Counted from the first letter of the stretch, positions 33,774-42,084 are shown. The stretch: 43,708 bases of DNA from an uncultured Chloroflexota bacterium (GCA_903928275.1 CAIYQJ010000412.1:1-43708), one strand, 5' to 3'. The notes: generated by a model from the sequence alone, not told the origin. Translations and numbers: made by a program.

Positions 33774-35180
33774 TCACGAGGCCAGGTCCACGAGGGCGCC
33801 CGCGAGATGGTATCGCCCATAGCCTCCGGCGACGAGACCGCGGTCCTCGAGCAGCGTCATCGCCGCCAGGACCGCGGCGATCGGGAGGCGACAGGCGGCG
33901 ACCACCTGGTCCGCTGTGCGGGGTCCGGCCGTGAGCGCCCGGGCCACGTCCGCGACGCCCGCGGGCAGGCCGGCGAGCACCGCTGCATGGCTGAGCGCGC
34001 CGAGCGTGGCCGGCGGTGCCCCGCCGGACAGCGATCGCGCCCCGCCCGGGTGGACCGGCGTCCGGTCGCGGTGACCGGGATCGGATCCGGTGTCCGCCAG
34101 GCCGAGGTCCTCGATGAGCTCCGCTACGCCGGCGACCACCCGGACCTGCCCGCCGTAGGTGCGCAGGAGTGCGAGGCATCCCGCGCTCGCGGGTGCGTCC
34201 ACCGGTCCCGGAACGACGAAGCACTCGCGGCCCTGCTCGAGCGCCCAGCCGGCCGTGATGAGAGCGCCGCTCCTCACGCCCGCCTCGACGACGACCGTCG
34301 CCTCGGTGAGGCCACTGATGACGCGGTTGCGACGCGGGAAGGTACCGCGCGTGGGATGCGTCTCGGGCGCGTGTTCGCTCACGATCGCGCCGCCGCCGGC
34401 GACGATCGCCTCGGCGAGGTGGGCGTGGCCGCGCGGGATGCCCCGTGCATGGCCTCCGCCGATCACCGCGACGGTCGTCCCCCCGACGGCGACGGCTGCG
34501 GCATGGGCGACCCCGTCGATCCCGACTGCGAGACCCGAGACGACCGCTGCGCCCGTGCGCGCGACCGCCCCGGCCATCCGTGCCGCATGGGATCGGCCGG
34601 CATCGGTGGGCCGTCTCGTGCCGACGATGGCCACCCGCCGTGCCGTGCTCATGGCCGCCATGGCACCGCGGACGAACAGCACCGGGGGCGGCAGCTCGAC
34701 CCGTGCCAGGGAGGCGGGGTAGGGATCGTCGTCCAACGTGACCACCCGCACACGTGCGGCCTCGAGCGCCCGGGCGATCGAGTCCTCGCCGCGGGCGGCT
34801 GCGGCGATCCGCTCGGCGAGCGCCACCGCGCCGGGGCGCGAGCCGGCGACTCGCGCGATCCGCGCAGGTCCGTCCCTCCGCCGGGCCATGTCGACGACGC
34901 ACCGCGCGTCGCCGCACTGGGCGACCAGCGCCATGAGCCCCACCGGGCCGAGCCCCTCCACGGAGGCGAGCACGGCCCACGCGAGGTGCTCCCCGTCGAC
35001 GTCGAGCCCGTCACGGCCGCCGTGAGCGTCGGACGCACCGCCCGTCGACGGCCCGCGCCCGTACGCACCGGCAGGCGGCTCGTCCGCCACCCGCCCGAGC
35101 GCTTGGAGACGTGCGTGCCCGCCGTCGCCATCGTCCGCGACCCGCTCGCCCAGGGGACCCTCGCGTCCCACGCCCAGCAT
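33774..35180 (-). CDS. dprA: DNA-processing protein DprA (Smf) with C-terminal winged-helix domain
   Basis: This is the C-terminal part of track ORF 33774..35654. The Rossmann-like DprA core reads VAIVGTRRPTDAGRSHAARMAGAVARTGAAVVSGLAVGIDGVAHAAA...FPRRNRVISGL...VVVEAGVRSGALITA. The start was set at ATG 35180, 9 nt after the comM stop. The first ~75 residues are Gly/Asp-rich and low-complexity, so a downstream GTG start is possible. Confidence 0.85.
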   Translation of the reverse strand: MLGVGREGPLGERVADDGDGGHARLQALGRVADEPPAGAYGRGPSTGGASDAHGGRDGLDVDGEHLAWAVLASVEGLGPVGLMALVAQCGDARCVVDMARRRDGPARIARVAGSRPGAVALAERIAAAARGEDSIARALEAARVRVVTLDDDPYPASLARVELPPPVLFVRGAMAAMSTARRVAIVGTRRPTDAGRSHAARMAGAVARTGAAVVSGLAVGIDGVAHAAAVAVGGTTVAVIGGGHARGIPRGHAHLAEAIVAGGGAIVSEHAPETHPTRGTFPRRNRVISGLTEATVVVEAGVRSGALITAGWALEQGRECFVVPGPVDAPASAGCLALLRTYGGQVRVVAGVAELIEDLGLADTGSDPGHRDRTPVHPGGARSLSGGAPPATLGALSHAAVLAGLPAGVADVARALTAGPRTADQVVAACRLPIAAVLAAMTLLEDRGLVAGGYGRYHLAGALVDLAS

Positions 35181-35188
35181 CGGGCGCC

Positions 35189-36796
35189 TCAGGCCGCGGT
35201 GGGCCCGGAGGCCGCGCGGAACCGCACGGCCTCGGCGATGTGGTCGGCCGATACCTCGGGGTCCGACGCCAGGTCCGCGATCGTCCGCGCCACGCGAAGC
35301 GCACGCTCGACGCCGCGCCCGGAGAGCCGGTGGCGCTCGCCGAGCTCCACGAGGCGCGTCCGGGCCTCGCGTGTGGGCGCGGCGAGGGAGCGCAGCCGTC
35401 GTCCGGCGAGGCGCGCGTTGGGCATCCCCCCGTTGCGGGTGGACTGGACGACCCGTGCCTGCACGATCCGATCGCGGACGACGGCGGAGCACTCCGGATC
35501 CGGGGCGGCCACGAGCTCGGCACTCGCGACCCGCGGCATCGACGCCCAGATGTCGACCCTGTCGCGCAGCGGGCCCGATACGCGCGCCGCGTACCGTTCC
35601 GGCGCCCCGTGCGGGCACCGGCAGCCGCCGTCCCCGTCGCCGGCTCGCCCGCACGGGCAGGCGTTCATCGCCGCGATGAGCTGGAACCGCGCGGGGAACA
35701 CGACGGCCCGGCCGGCGCGCGCGACTGCGATCCTCCCCTCCTCCAGGGGCTGGCGGAGGGCCTCGAGGACGTCCCGTGAGAACTCCGGCAGCTCGTCGAG
35801 GAAGAGGACTCCCCCGTCCGCGAGGGTCACTTCTACCGGTGCCGGGCCCGGACCGCCGCCGACCAGGGCCGCATACGACGCCGTGTGGTGCGGTGCGCGG
35901 AACGGGCGACGCCGGACGAGCGAGCGCAGCGGGCCCAGTCCGGCCGCCGACGCGACGATGGAGGCCGCAAGAGCCTCAGCGTCGTCAAGCGCCGGGAGCA
36001 GAGTGGGCACCGTCCGAGCGAGGAGCGTCTTCCCCGACCCGGGCGGACCGATGAGCACGAGACAGTGGCCGCCCGCGAGGGCGATCTCGAGCCCGCGCCG
36101 AGCCTCCGCCTGGCCGCGCACCTCGGCGAGGTCCGGGGGAGGCACCTCCCAGGCCGCGAGGCCGAGCGCCTGGCCGTCCCGACCCCCTGCGTGGGGCGGC
36201 TGGCCCGCTGGGAGGCGCGAGCCGCCGATCTCGCCGACTGGGTCGAGACGGATCGCGGCCGGTGTCCTCGCCCGGGACGCACGGCTGCGATGCCGCCGCG
36301 CGACGAGCTCGGCGAGGTGCACGAGGTCCGGGACCTCGACGACGTCGAGCCCCGGCACGAGTCGCGCCTCGGGGCCGGTCCCGGTGGGCACGGCCACGCG
36401 GACTTCGCCGCGCCTCCGGAGCGCAAGGGCGAGCGGCAGGATCCCCGGGACGGGCCGGATCTCCCCGCCGAGCGACAGCTCGCCGACCGCCGCCCACCGT
36501 TCCCGAGGCGTGATCTGCTCCGACCCGACGAGGATGCCGAGCGCGATCGCGGCGTCCAGCGACGAGCCGGCCTTCCGCATGTCGGGGGGAGCGAGGTTCA
36601 CGGTGATCCGGCGGGGAGGGTGGACGAAGCCGCTATTGCGCAGGGCACCCCGCACGCGCTCGCGCGCCTCCTGGAGGGCCGTGTCCGCGAGTCCCACGAT
36701 CGTGAACCCCGGCAGCCCGGGCGCCACGTCCACCTCGACGCGGATGACATGACCCGTGAGCCCCGAGATGGTGGCCGACTGGAGAGTGACGAGCAT
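35189..36796 (-). CDS. comM: Mg-chelatase-like AAA+ ATPase ComM/YifB
   Basis: 535 aa. It has an N-terminal Lon-protease-like domain (IRVEVDVAPGLPGFTIVGLADTALQEARERV, DMRKAGSSLDAAIALGIL), Walker A LIGPPGSGKT, Walker B VLFLDELPEF and a C-terminal ChlI-like helical domain. Confidence 0.93.
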   Translation of the reverse strand: MLVTLQSATISGLTGHVIRVEVDVAPGLPGFTIVGLADTALQEARERVRGALRNSGFVHPPRRITVNLAPPDMRKAGSSLDAAIALGILVGSEQITPRERWAAVGELSLGGEIRPVPGILPLALALRRRGEVRVAVPTGTGPEARLVPGLDVVEVPDLVHLAELVARRHRSRASRARTPAAIRLDPVGEIGGSRLPAGQPPHAGGRDGQALGLAAWEVPPPDLAEVRGQAEARRGLEIALAGGHCLVLIGPPGSGKTLLARTVPTLLPALDDAEALAASIVASAAGLGPLRSLVRRRPFRAPHHTASYAALVGGGPGPAPVEVTLADGGVLFLDELPEFSRDVLEALRQPLEEGRIAVARAGRAVVFPARFQLIAAMNACPCGRAGDGDGGCRCPHGAPERYAARVSGPLRDRVDIWASMPRVASAELVAAPDPECSAVVRDRIVQARVVQSTRNGGMPNARLAGRRLRSLAAPTREARTRLVELGERHRLSGRGVERALRVARTIADLASDPEVSADHIAEAVRFRAASGPTAA

Positions 36797-36901
36797 GTCG
36801 CCGACCGTAGCGGGCCGCTCTCACCGCCTGATCGTCCATGGAACTGCGCCCGCTCGCCGTCGGATCTCCGGCGGATCACCGCGTCGGCGGCGCGCGGGCG
36901 C

Positions 36902-38074
36902 TCAGCGACGGGCGCGTGATCTCGGGCTGGCGGTCCCCATCGCGTCCGCGTCGATCGCCTGCGCGAACGCGACGATCGCCTTGCCGAGCGGCGACTCCGC
37001 CTTCGTGTCGAGGACGGGTGCCCCGCTGTTGAGGGCGCTGATCGCGGCTCGGTAGTCGTTCAACACCTGGTGGTCGAGCGTCCGCCGGAGGGCGCCCTCC
37101 GCGTTCTTCACGTTGATCCCCGTGAACGCGGTCGATCGGTTGAGGACGAGCTGGACCCGGGCGCTGTCGTACCCGAGGTTGGCGAGCGTCTCGAGCATGA
37201 TGCGGACGTTCTTCAGGCTCGAGAGGTCGGCGGTGAGGACGACGTAGATCACTTCGGCGGCATCGAAGATCCGCAGGTTGACCTCGTCGAGTCGCTTGTC
37301 GACGTCCACCACGACGTAGTCGTACGAGGCGCGGAGGATGTCGAGGATCGGCGGCAGCGCCTCGGGCGTGACGAGCTCGGCGGTCTCGGGCGACGGCGGG
37401 GCGAGGAGGAGGTCGATGCCCGAGTCGTGCCGGACGAGGACCTGGCGGACGAGCTCCGCGTCGATCGTCGGAGCGCTCACGATGTCGACGACGCTCTTGC
37501 GGTCGAGGCCCAGGTCCAGGAAGACGCGGTGGTCGCCGAACTGGAGGTTCCCATCCACGAGGACCACCGACCGGCCGACGTTCCGGTGCAGCGCGATCGC
37601 CGTGTTCACCGCGAGCGTCGTGGCTCCCACCCCTCCCTTCGCGCCGTAGAAGGCGATGACGTGACCCGAGGGCGGTCGGGCGACCGCTTCTTCGGACGGC
37701 GCGAACCTCGAGAGGAGCCCCCGGATCCGCGCGAGCAGCTCAGCCGGGTGGAACGGCTTCATGAGGTAGTCGTCGGCGCCGGCCCGCAGCCCGCGGACCC
37801 GCTGCTCCACGTCGCCCTCGGCCGTGAGCATGATGATCGGGGTGTGGTTCCCGCCGGCCTCGTCCTCGCGGATCCGCTGGGCGACGGCGTACCCGTCGAG
37901 CTTGGGCAGCATGATGTCAAGGAGGATCAGCGAGGGGCGCTCGACCTGCCACGCGCGGACGGCCTCGGCGCCGTCCGCGACGACGCTCACCTCGAAGCCC
38001 TCCTGCCGGAGGGTGTAGGAGAGAAGGCGCTGGACGTTCGGGTCGTCGTCGACGACGAGGATCGTGGGTGCCAT
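36902..38074 (-). CDS. Response-regulator receiver domain fused to a TadZ/CpaE-like (MinD/ParA superfamily) ATPase
   Basis: 390 aa. The REC domain carries all canonical residues: DD at 9-10, phospho-acceptor context LILLDIMLP (D53), MLTA (T83) and YLMKPF (K105). The ATPase has the deviant P-loop FYGAKGGVGATT (37616..37645), in which the usual second Lys is Ala, as in the CpaE/TadZ family. A later VVVDVD motif is Walker-B-like. Confidence 0.85.
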   Translation of the reverse strand: MAPTILVVDDDPNVQRLLSYTLRQEGFEVSVVADGAEAVRAWQVERPSLILLDIMLPKLDGYAVAQRIREDEAGGNHTPIIMLTAEGDVEQRVRGLRAGADDYLMKPFHPAELLARIRGLLSRFAPSEEAVARPPSGHVIAFYGAKGGVGATTLAVNTAIALHRNVGRSVVLVDGNLQFGDHRVFLDLGLDRKSVVDIVSAPTIDAELVRQVLVRHDSGIDLLLAPPSPETAELVTPEALPPILDILRASYDYVVVDVDKRLDEVNLRIFDAAEVIYVVLTADLSSLKNVRIMLETLANLGYDSARVQLVLNRSTAFTGINVKNAEGALRRTLDHQVLNDYRAAISALNSGAPVLDTKAESPLGKAIVAFAQAIDADAMGTASPRSRARR

Positions 38075-38236
38075 CGACCTCTCGCGGTCAGTCGAGGGGC
38101 CGGAGCGCCCGCCCGGCGGAGAGGCGTCTCGAGACCCCAGCGCCGCGAGTATATGCGGAAGCGCGGGCGGTCTTGGCGGGATCGGGAGCGCGGTCGGCGG
38201 ACACGGGAGTCGCGCGGAACGGCAGGCCGGACGGCA

Positions 38237-39202
38237 TCAGGCCGTCGGCGGGTCCGGAGGCGGCCCGATCCGCGGCCGGTCGTCCCCGCCGCGCATCCCG
38301 TCGCCCACCATCTTCGACAGCGACTCCACGAGCCCCGTGAGCTCGAGCGGGAGCACGTACTTCGTCGACGGCGACGCGCCGAGCGCCTTGAGCGTCTCGA
38401 GGTACTGGATCGCCATCGTCTTCTGGTCGATGATCGATGCGGCCGCGAAGATCCGCTCGAGCGCCTGGCCGTATCCCTCCGCGTTGAGGATCGCCGACTG
38501 CCGCTGGCCCTCCGCGCGGAGGATGCGCGACTGGCGGTCGCCTTCCGCCGCCAGGATCGTCGCCTGCTTCGCGCCCTCGGCCACGTTGATCTCGGACTGG
38601 CGTCGGCCTTCGGATTCCGTGATGACGGCGCGCCGTGTCCGCTCCGCGGACAGCTGGCGGTTCATCGCGTCCTGCACGTCGCGGGGTGGCGTGATCTCGC
38701 GGATCTCCACCGTCGTGACCTTCCCGCCCCAGCGCTCGGTGACCCCGTCGAGCTTCGTCCGGAGGATCTCGTTGATCTGCTCGCGGCGGGACAGCACCTC
38801 GTCGAGGAGGATGTCCCCGATGACCGCGCGGAGCGTCGTCGTGGCGACGCCCTGCAGCGCGCCGGCGAAGTTCGCGACGTTCACGATGCTCCGCGTCGGG
38901 TCCACGATGCGCCAGTAGATGAGGAAGTCCACCGTGATCGGGGCGTTGTCCTTCGTGATCGTGGTCTGGCTCGGCACCTCGATGAACTGCTCCCGCAGGT
39001 CGATGCGGACGGGACGATCCACGACGGGGATGAGGAACACGATGCCCGGCCCCTTCAGGAGCTCGGGGCCGGTCCGCCCGAAGCGGAAGATGACGAGGCG
39101 GTCGTACTCGGCGACGATCCGGACGCTCAGGTAGAGCACGCCGAGGACGATCACGATGGCGAGGACGAGCCCGAGCAAGGGCGCGACGTCGAGGATGTTC
39201 AC
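38237..39202 (-). CDS. SPFH/band-7 (stomatin-like) membrane protein
   Basis: It has an N-terminal TM (LLGLVLAIVIVLGVLYLSV), an SPFH core (RIVAEYDRLVIFRFGR...PGIVFLIPVVDR...TKDNAPITVDFLIYWRIVDP...LRAVIGD..LDEVLS.R) and a coiled-coil AEG repeat region. The track start at 39226 is TTG. I prefer GTG 39202 (VNILDV...), which lies 8 nt after AGGAGG. Confidence 0.9.
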   Translation of the reverse strand: MNILDVAPLLGLVLAIVIVLGVLYLSVRIVAEYDRLVIFRFGRTGPELLKGPGIVFLIPVVDRPVRIDLREQFIEVPSQTTITKDNAPITVDFLIYWRIVDPTRSIVNVANFAGALQGVATTTLRAVIGDILLDEVLSRREQINEILRTKLDGVTERWGGKVTTVEIREITPPRDVQDAMNRQLSAERTRRAVITESEGRRQSEINVAEGAKQATILAAEGDRQSRILRAEGQRQSAILNAEGYGQALERIFAAASIIDQKTMAIQYLETLKALGASPSTKYVLPLELTGLVESLSKMVGDGMRGGDDRPRIGPPPDPPTA

Positions 39203-39346
39203 GGACGGTGCCTCCTGGCCCGACAACGTTCGCCCGGCCGGTCCGGGCTTCTCATGGCCTCGATCTCATCGTGGGTGCCGTGTCCAGCGATGATGCTCCG
39301 GCAGCCTCGTCCCCGCGCGGTCCCGGTGCGCGAGCGACCCCGGGCC

Positions 39347-39952
39347 TCAACCCGGCGCTCGGGGCGCGGAGCCAGGGTATGCGTGAGCCAGGAAGTCGAC
39401 GACGAGACGGCTCCACGATTCCATCGAGTCGAGGACGGCCTGCACGTCGGCCGCCGTCGCGAAGGAGCCGTGCAGCTTGTCGGTCTCGCGTACCGCGACC
39501 GGGCGCCCGGCTGCCTCGGCGACGCACACGACCCCGAGGTGGACCGATCCGACGTCCGTCGTGTCGTCGTTGAGGAGCCCGACCGGACGGAACTCCGGCA
39601 CGAAGTCCGCGACGAGCTCCTCGGTCCACTCGCGAACGAGCCCGCCTGCCACCCCGCCGTCGAGCGGGTTCACGTGGCCCCCGATCCCGATCGACCAAAG
39701 GTCGTGGAGACGCGCGTCGCCCCCGGCTCGCGTCCGGCGCATAAGGAACGTCCGGTCACGGTCGCGGAGGACCACGTACGGGATCAGCTGCTTCCAGGAG
39801 GGGTCGCGCTCCACCTCCGCTCGCGGTCGGAACTCCCCTGCGCGCTCGATCGCGGCGAGCCGTTCGACGACGTGGTCCGCCACGATGCCGTGCCACGGGA
39901 TCGGTCCGGGCGCGACGCCACGCGGCACGACGAGGACGAGCTCGTCCGTCAC
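39347..39952 (-). CDS. Nudix-fold-like protein with a divergent Nudix box
   Basis: 201 aa. GGHVNPLDGGVAGGLVREWTEELVA resembles GX5EX7REUXEEXGU, but with Asp in place of the first Glu, one extra residue, and no terminal Gly. The GTG at 39952 overlaps the tyrA stop (GTGA). GC3 is high. Confidence 0.6.
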   Translation of the reverse strand: MTDELVLVVPRGVAPGPIPWHGIVADHVVERLAAIERAGEFRPRAEVERDPSWKQLIPYVVLRDRDRTFLMRRTRAGGDARLHDLWSIGIGGHVNPLDGGVAGGLVREWTEELVADFVPEFRPVGLLNDDTTDVGSVHLGVVCVAEAAGRPVAVRETDKLHGSFATAADVQAVLDSMESWSRLVVDFLAHAYPGSAPRAPG

Positions 39953-40923
39953 GGCTCAGCGCCCACGTCGGATGTGGCCGAGGAGCGCGCGTCGGGGTCG
40001 ACGGCGGTTCGCGTGACGGCCGGGCTGGCGGCCGGGTCCCCGGTCGGCGCCTCGAAGGCCCGCGCCTGATCCTCCGCCAGCAACGCCGTGAGCCGCTCGG
40101 GGTCGGGGCTCCCGGTGACCTCGAGCTCCCCGATCCACGCATCGAGGCGAGCCGCGAGCAGGCGGAGCCGCGATGCCACCGCGGGTGCGTTCGTCGCGAG
40201 GATCCCGGCTCCCATCGCGGGGTCGCCGCGGGCGAGGCGCGTGGCGTCTCGCCACCCGCTCGCGGCCAGCGCGCGGGCCGCGGGCCAATCGGGGGGCCTC
40301 CCGGCCCCAGGCGGGCCGGCGACAGCCTCGACGAGCGCGGCCGCGAGGACGAGCGGGACGTGGCTGATCGCGGCGACGAGCGCGTCGTGGGTCGTGGCGT
40401 CCATGCGGACGGGGTTCGCACCGCACGCGCGAGCGAGGCCCTCGACACGCGCGACATCGGCGGTCCCCGAGCCGACCGCCGGCACGATGACCCACGGCCG
40501 CCCGACGAACAGGTCGGGCGTCGCGGCGCCGAACCCGGTCGTCTCGCGGCCCGCCATCGGGTGGCCGCCCACGAAGCGGACGCCGGACGCAGCGGCCCTG
40601 GCGACGATCGCGCCCTTGGTGCTCGCGACGTCGGTGACGGTGGCTCCCGGCGCCAGGCTGGCGGGCGACAGGGCGGCGAGATCATCGAGGAGCGCGAGCG
40701 TCGCGAGGGGCGGCGCCGCGAGGACGACGAGGTCCGCGGCGCGCACCGCGGATGCCAGGTCGGGGGCGGCCTCGTCGATCGCGCCGGCAGCCCGGGCGGC
40801 CCGGGGCCCGTCCCCGCGGGGCGTCCACGCGACGAGCTCGACGGAGTGACTGTCCGGGGAACCCCGGAGGGCGCGCGCGATCGAACCGCCGATGAGCCCG
40901 AGCCCGATGAGCGCGATCCGCAT
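39949..40923 (-). CDS. tyrA: Prephenate dehydrogenase
   Basis: 324 aa. It has the Rossmann motif MRIALIGLGLIGGSIARAL, the catalytic region DVASTKG...FVGGHPMAG and the dimerisation helix HDALVAAISHVPLVLA. Confidence 0.9.
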   Translation of the reverse strand: MRIALIGLGLIGGSIARALRGSPDSHSVELVAWTPRGDGPRAARAAGAIDEAAPDLASAVRAADLVVLAAPPLATLALLDDLAALSPASLAPGATVTDVASTKGAIVARAAASGVRFVGGHPMAGRETTGFGAATPDLFVGRPWVIVPAVGSGTADVARVEGLARACGANPVRMDATTHDALVAAISHVPLVLAAALVEAVAGPPGAGRPPDWPAARALAASGWRDATRLARGDPAMGAGILATNAPAVASRLRLLAARLDAWIGELEVTGSPDPERLTALLAEDQARAFEAPTGDPAASPAVTRTAVDPDARSSATSDVGAEP

Positions 40924-41079
40924 GGCCGGCAGTCTACGGCTCCCGTCGACAGCCCGCGGCCGGCTTCACGCCCCCCTCCCGACGTGTCGGCGACGGCGCG
41001 TCGAGCGCGAGCCGCACTCTTCCCGGTGGGACTATCATCGGTCGAGCGCAGTACTCGAAGGGGGGCACGGGTGCAAGTC

Positions 41080-41769
41080 ATGAGTGGGGATCAGCCGATC
41101 CGGATCCTCGTCGTCGACGACCACCGGGTCCTCGTCGATGCGCTGGTGGCGGCCCTCGCGTCCGAGCCCGACATGGAAGTGGTCGGCACCGCCTCGAGCA
41201 TCGTCGAGCTGCGACAGGTCCTCGACGTGCCGGTCGACGTCGTTCTCCAGGACTACATCCTCGGGGACGGCACCGGGACCGAAGCGGTCCGACTCATCAA
41301 GTCGAGGCAGCCCGCGGCCACGGTGGTGATGCTCACCGCGGTCGCCCACGACGACACGATCCTCGAGACGATCCAGGCCGGCGCCGACGGCTATCTCACG
41401 AAGGACCAGGCGCTCGACGATGTCGTCGCTGCCGTCCGCGCGGCCCATGCGCACGAGGTCCTGCTGCCGCGGGCGGTCATCATCGAGATCGCCCTGCGGG
41501 TCGCGGACTCGCGTGGACACGCCGCCGAGCGCGGAGTGATGGAGCCGCTGACTCCCCGCGAGCTCGACGTGCTCCACATGCTGGTCGAAGGCCTGGATTC
41601 GCCCAGCATCTGCGCGCAGCTGTCCGTCGCCCCGAACACGTTGCGCACGCACGTGCAGAACATCATGGCGAAGCTTGGCACGCATTCCAAGCTGGAGACC
41701 GTCGCCTTCGCACTCCGTCACGGTCTCGTGGCGCCTCCGCACATCGGGGACCGTCGGTCCGCGGTCTGA
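41080..41769 (+). CDS. NarL/FixJ (LuxR-type HTH) response regulator
   Basis: This is the C-terminal part of track ORF 40360..41769. The start is ATG 41080 (MSGDQPIRILVVDDH...); GTG 41071 is an alternative. GGGGGG lies upstream. The receiver domain shows VVLQDYILGDGTG, MLTA and GYLTKD. The GerE/LuxR HTH reads LTPRELDVLHMLVEGLDSPSICAQLSVAPNTLRTHVQNIMAKLG. Confidence 0.9.
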   Translation: MSGDQPIRILVVDDHRVLVDALVAALASEPDMEVVGTASSIVELRQVLDVPVDVVLQDYILGDGTGTEAVRLIKSRQPAATVVMLTAVAHDDTILETIQAGADGYLTKDQALDDVVAAVRAAHAHEVLLPRAVIIEIALRVADSRGHAAERGVMEPLTPRELDVLHMLVEGLDSPSICAQLSVAPNTLRTHVQNIMAKLGTHSKLETVAFALRHGLVAPPHIGDRRSAV

Positions 41770-41784
41770 CGGTCGGAGCCTCGC

Positions 41785-41803
41785 GTGCCCGAAGCACGGG
41801 CGC
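41785..41803. terminator. Short hairpin between convergent genes (weak terminator candidate)
   Basis: GUGCCCG (41785..41791) pairs with CGGGCGC (41797..41803), 7 bp including one G-U pair, across loop AAGCA. It lies between the LuxR-RR stop (41769) and the zinc-ribbon ORF stop (41839). There is no U-tract. Confidence 0.25.
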
Positions 41804-41838
41804 CCGGCAGCCGGCGGCCGCCGCCCCGAGCAGGCTCC

Positions 41839-42084
41839 CTACGACCGGCGCCGCCGCTGGACATCGCGCCGTTCGTCGATCCTGCGCTCGCCGGTGTCTG
41901 GCGGCGGGCCCGGATCGTCCGGGGGGTTCTGTCGCCGGACGCGCTCGCGGCGGTCCACGTCGCGGCGCTCCAGGTGCATCAGGACGCCGCACTGCTGGCA
42001 GCGGCGCTCATCCGCGGCGAGCGATTCCACGCGCGACGGCGTGTAGATGCGCCTGCCGCATGACCAGCATGCCAGCGTGGGCAC
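41839..42084 (-). CDS. Small zinc-ribbon protein with Arg/Asp/Glu-repeat tail
   Basis: 81 aa, GTG start, 48 nt downstream of the trpB2 stop on the same strand. CWSCG (residues 6-10) and CQQCG (residues 29-33) form a CxxC-18-CxxC ribbon. The tail contains LERRDVDRRERVRR and IDERRDVQRRRR separated by a Pro-rich stretch. GC3 is high throughout. Confidence 0.5.
   Translation of the reverse strand: MPTLACWSCGRRIYTPSRVESLAADERRCQQCGVLMHLERRDVDRRERVRRQNPPDDPGPPPDTGERRIDERRDVQRRRRS

Noticed and set aside
33702-36752. A 1016-aa plus-strand ORF opposite dprA and comM.
   Set aside because: It is the same kind of artefact: antisense to two genes with unambiguous family motifs, with Arg/Ala/Pro/Ser-rich low-complexity translation.
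37070-40069. A 999-aa plus-strand ORF, the second longest in the track.
   Set aside because: It runs antisense across four well-supported minus-strand genes (receiver::TadZ-like, SPFH, Nudix-like, tyrA). Its translation is a monotonous Arg/Asp/Glu/Val/Gly/Pro string with no recognisable motif. This is the typical stop-free shadow frame of GC3-saturated genes.
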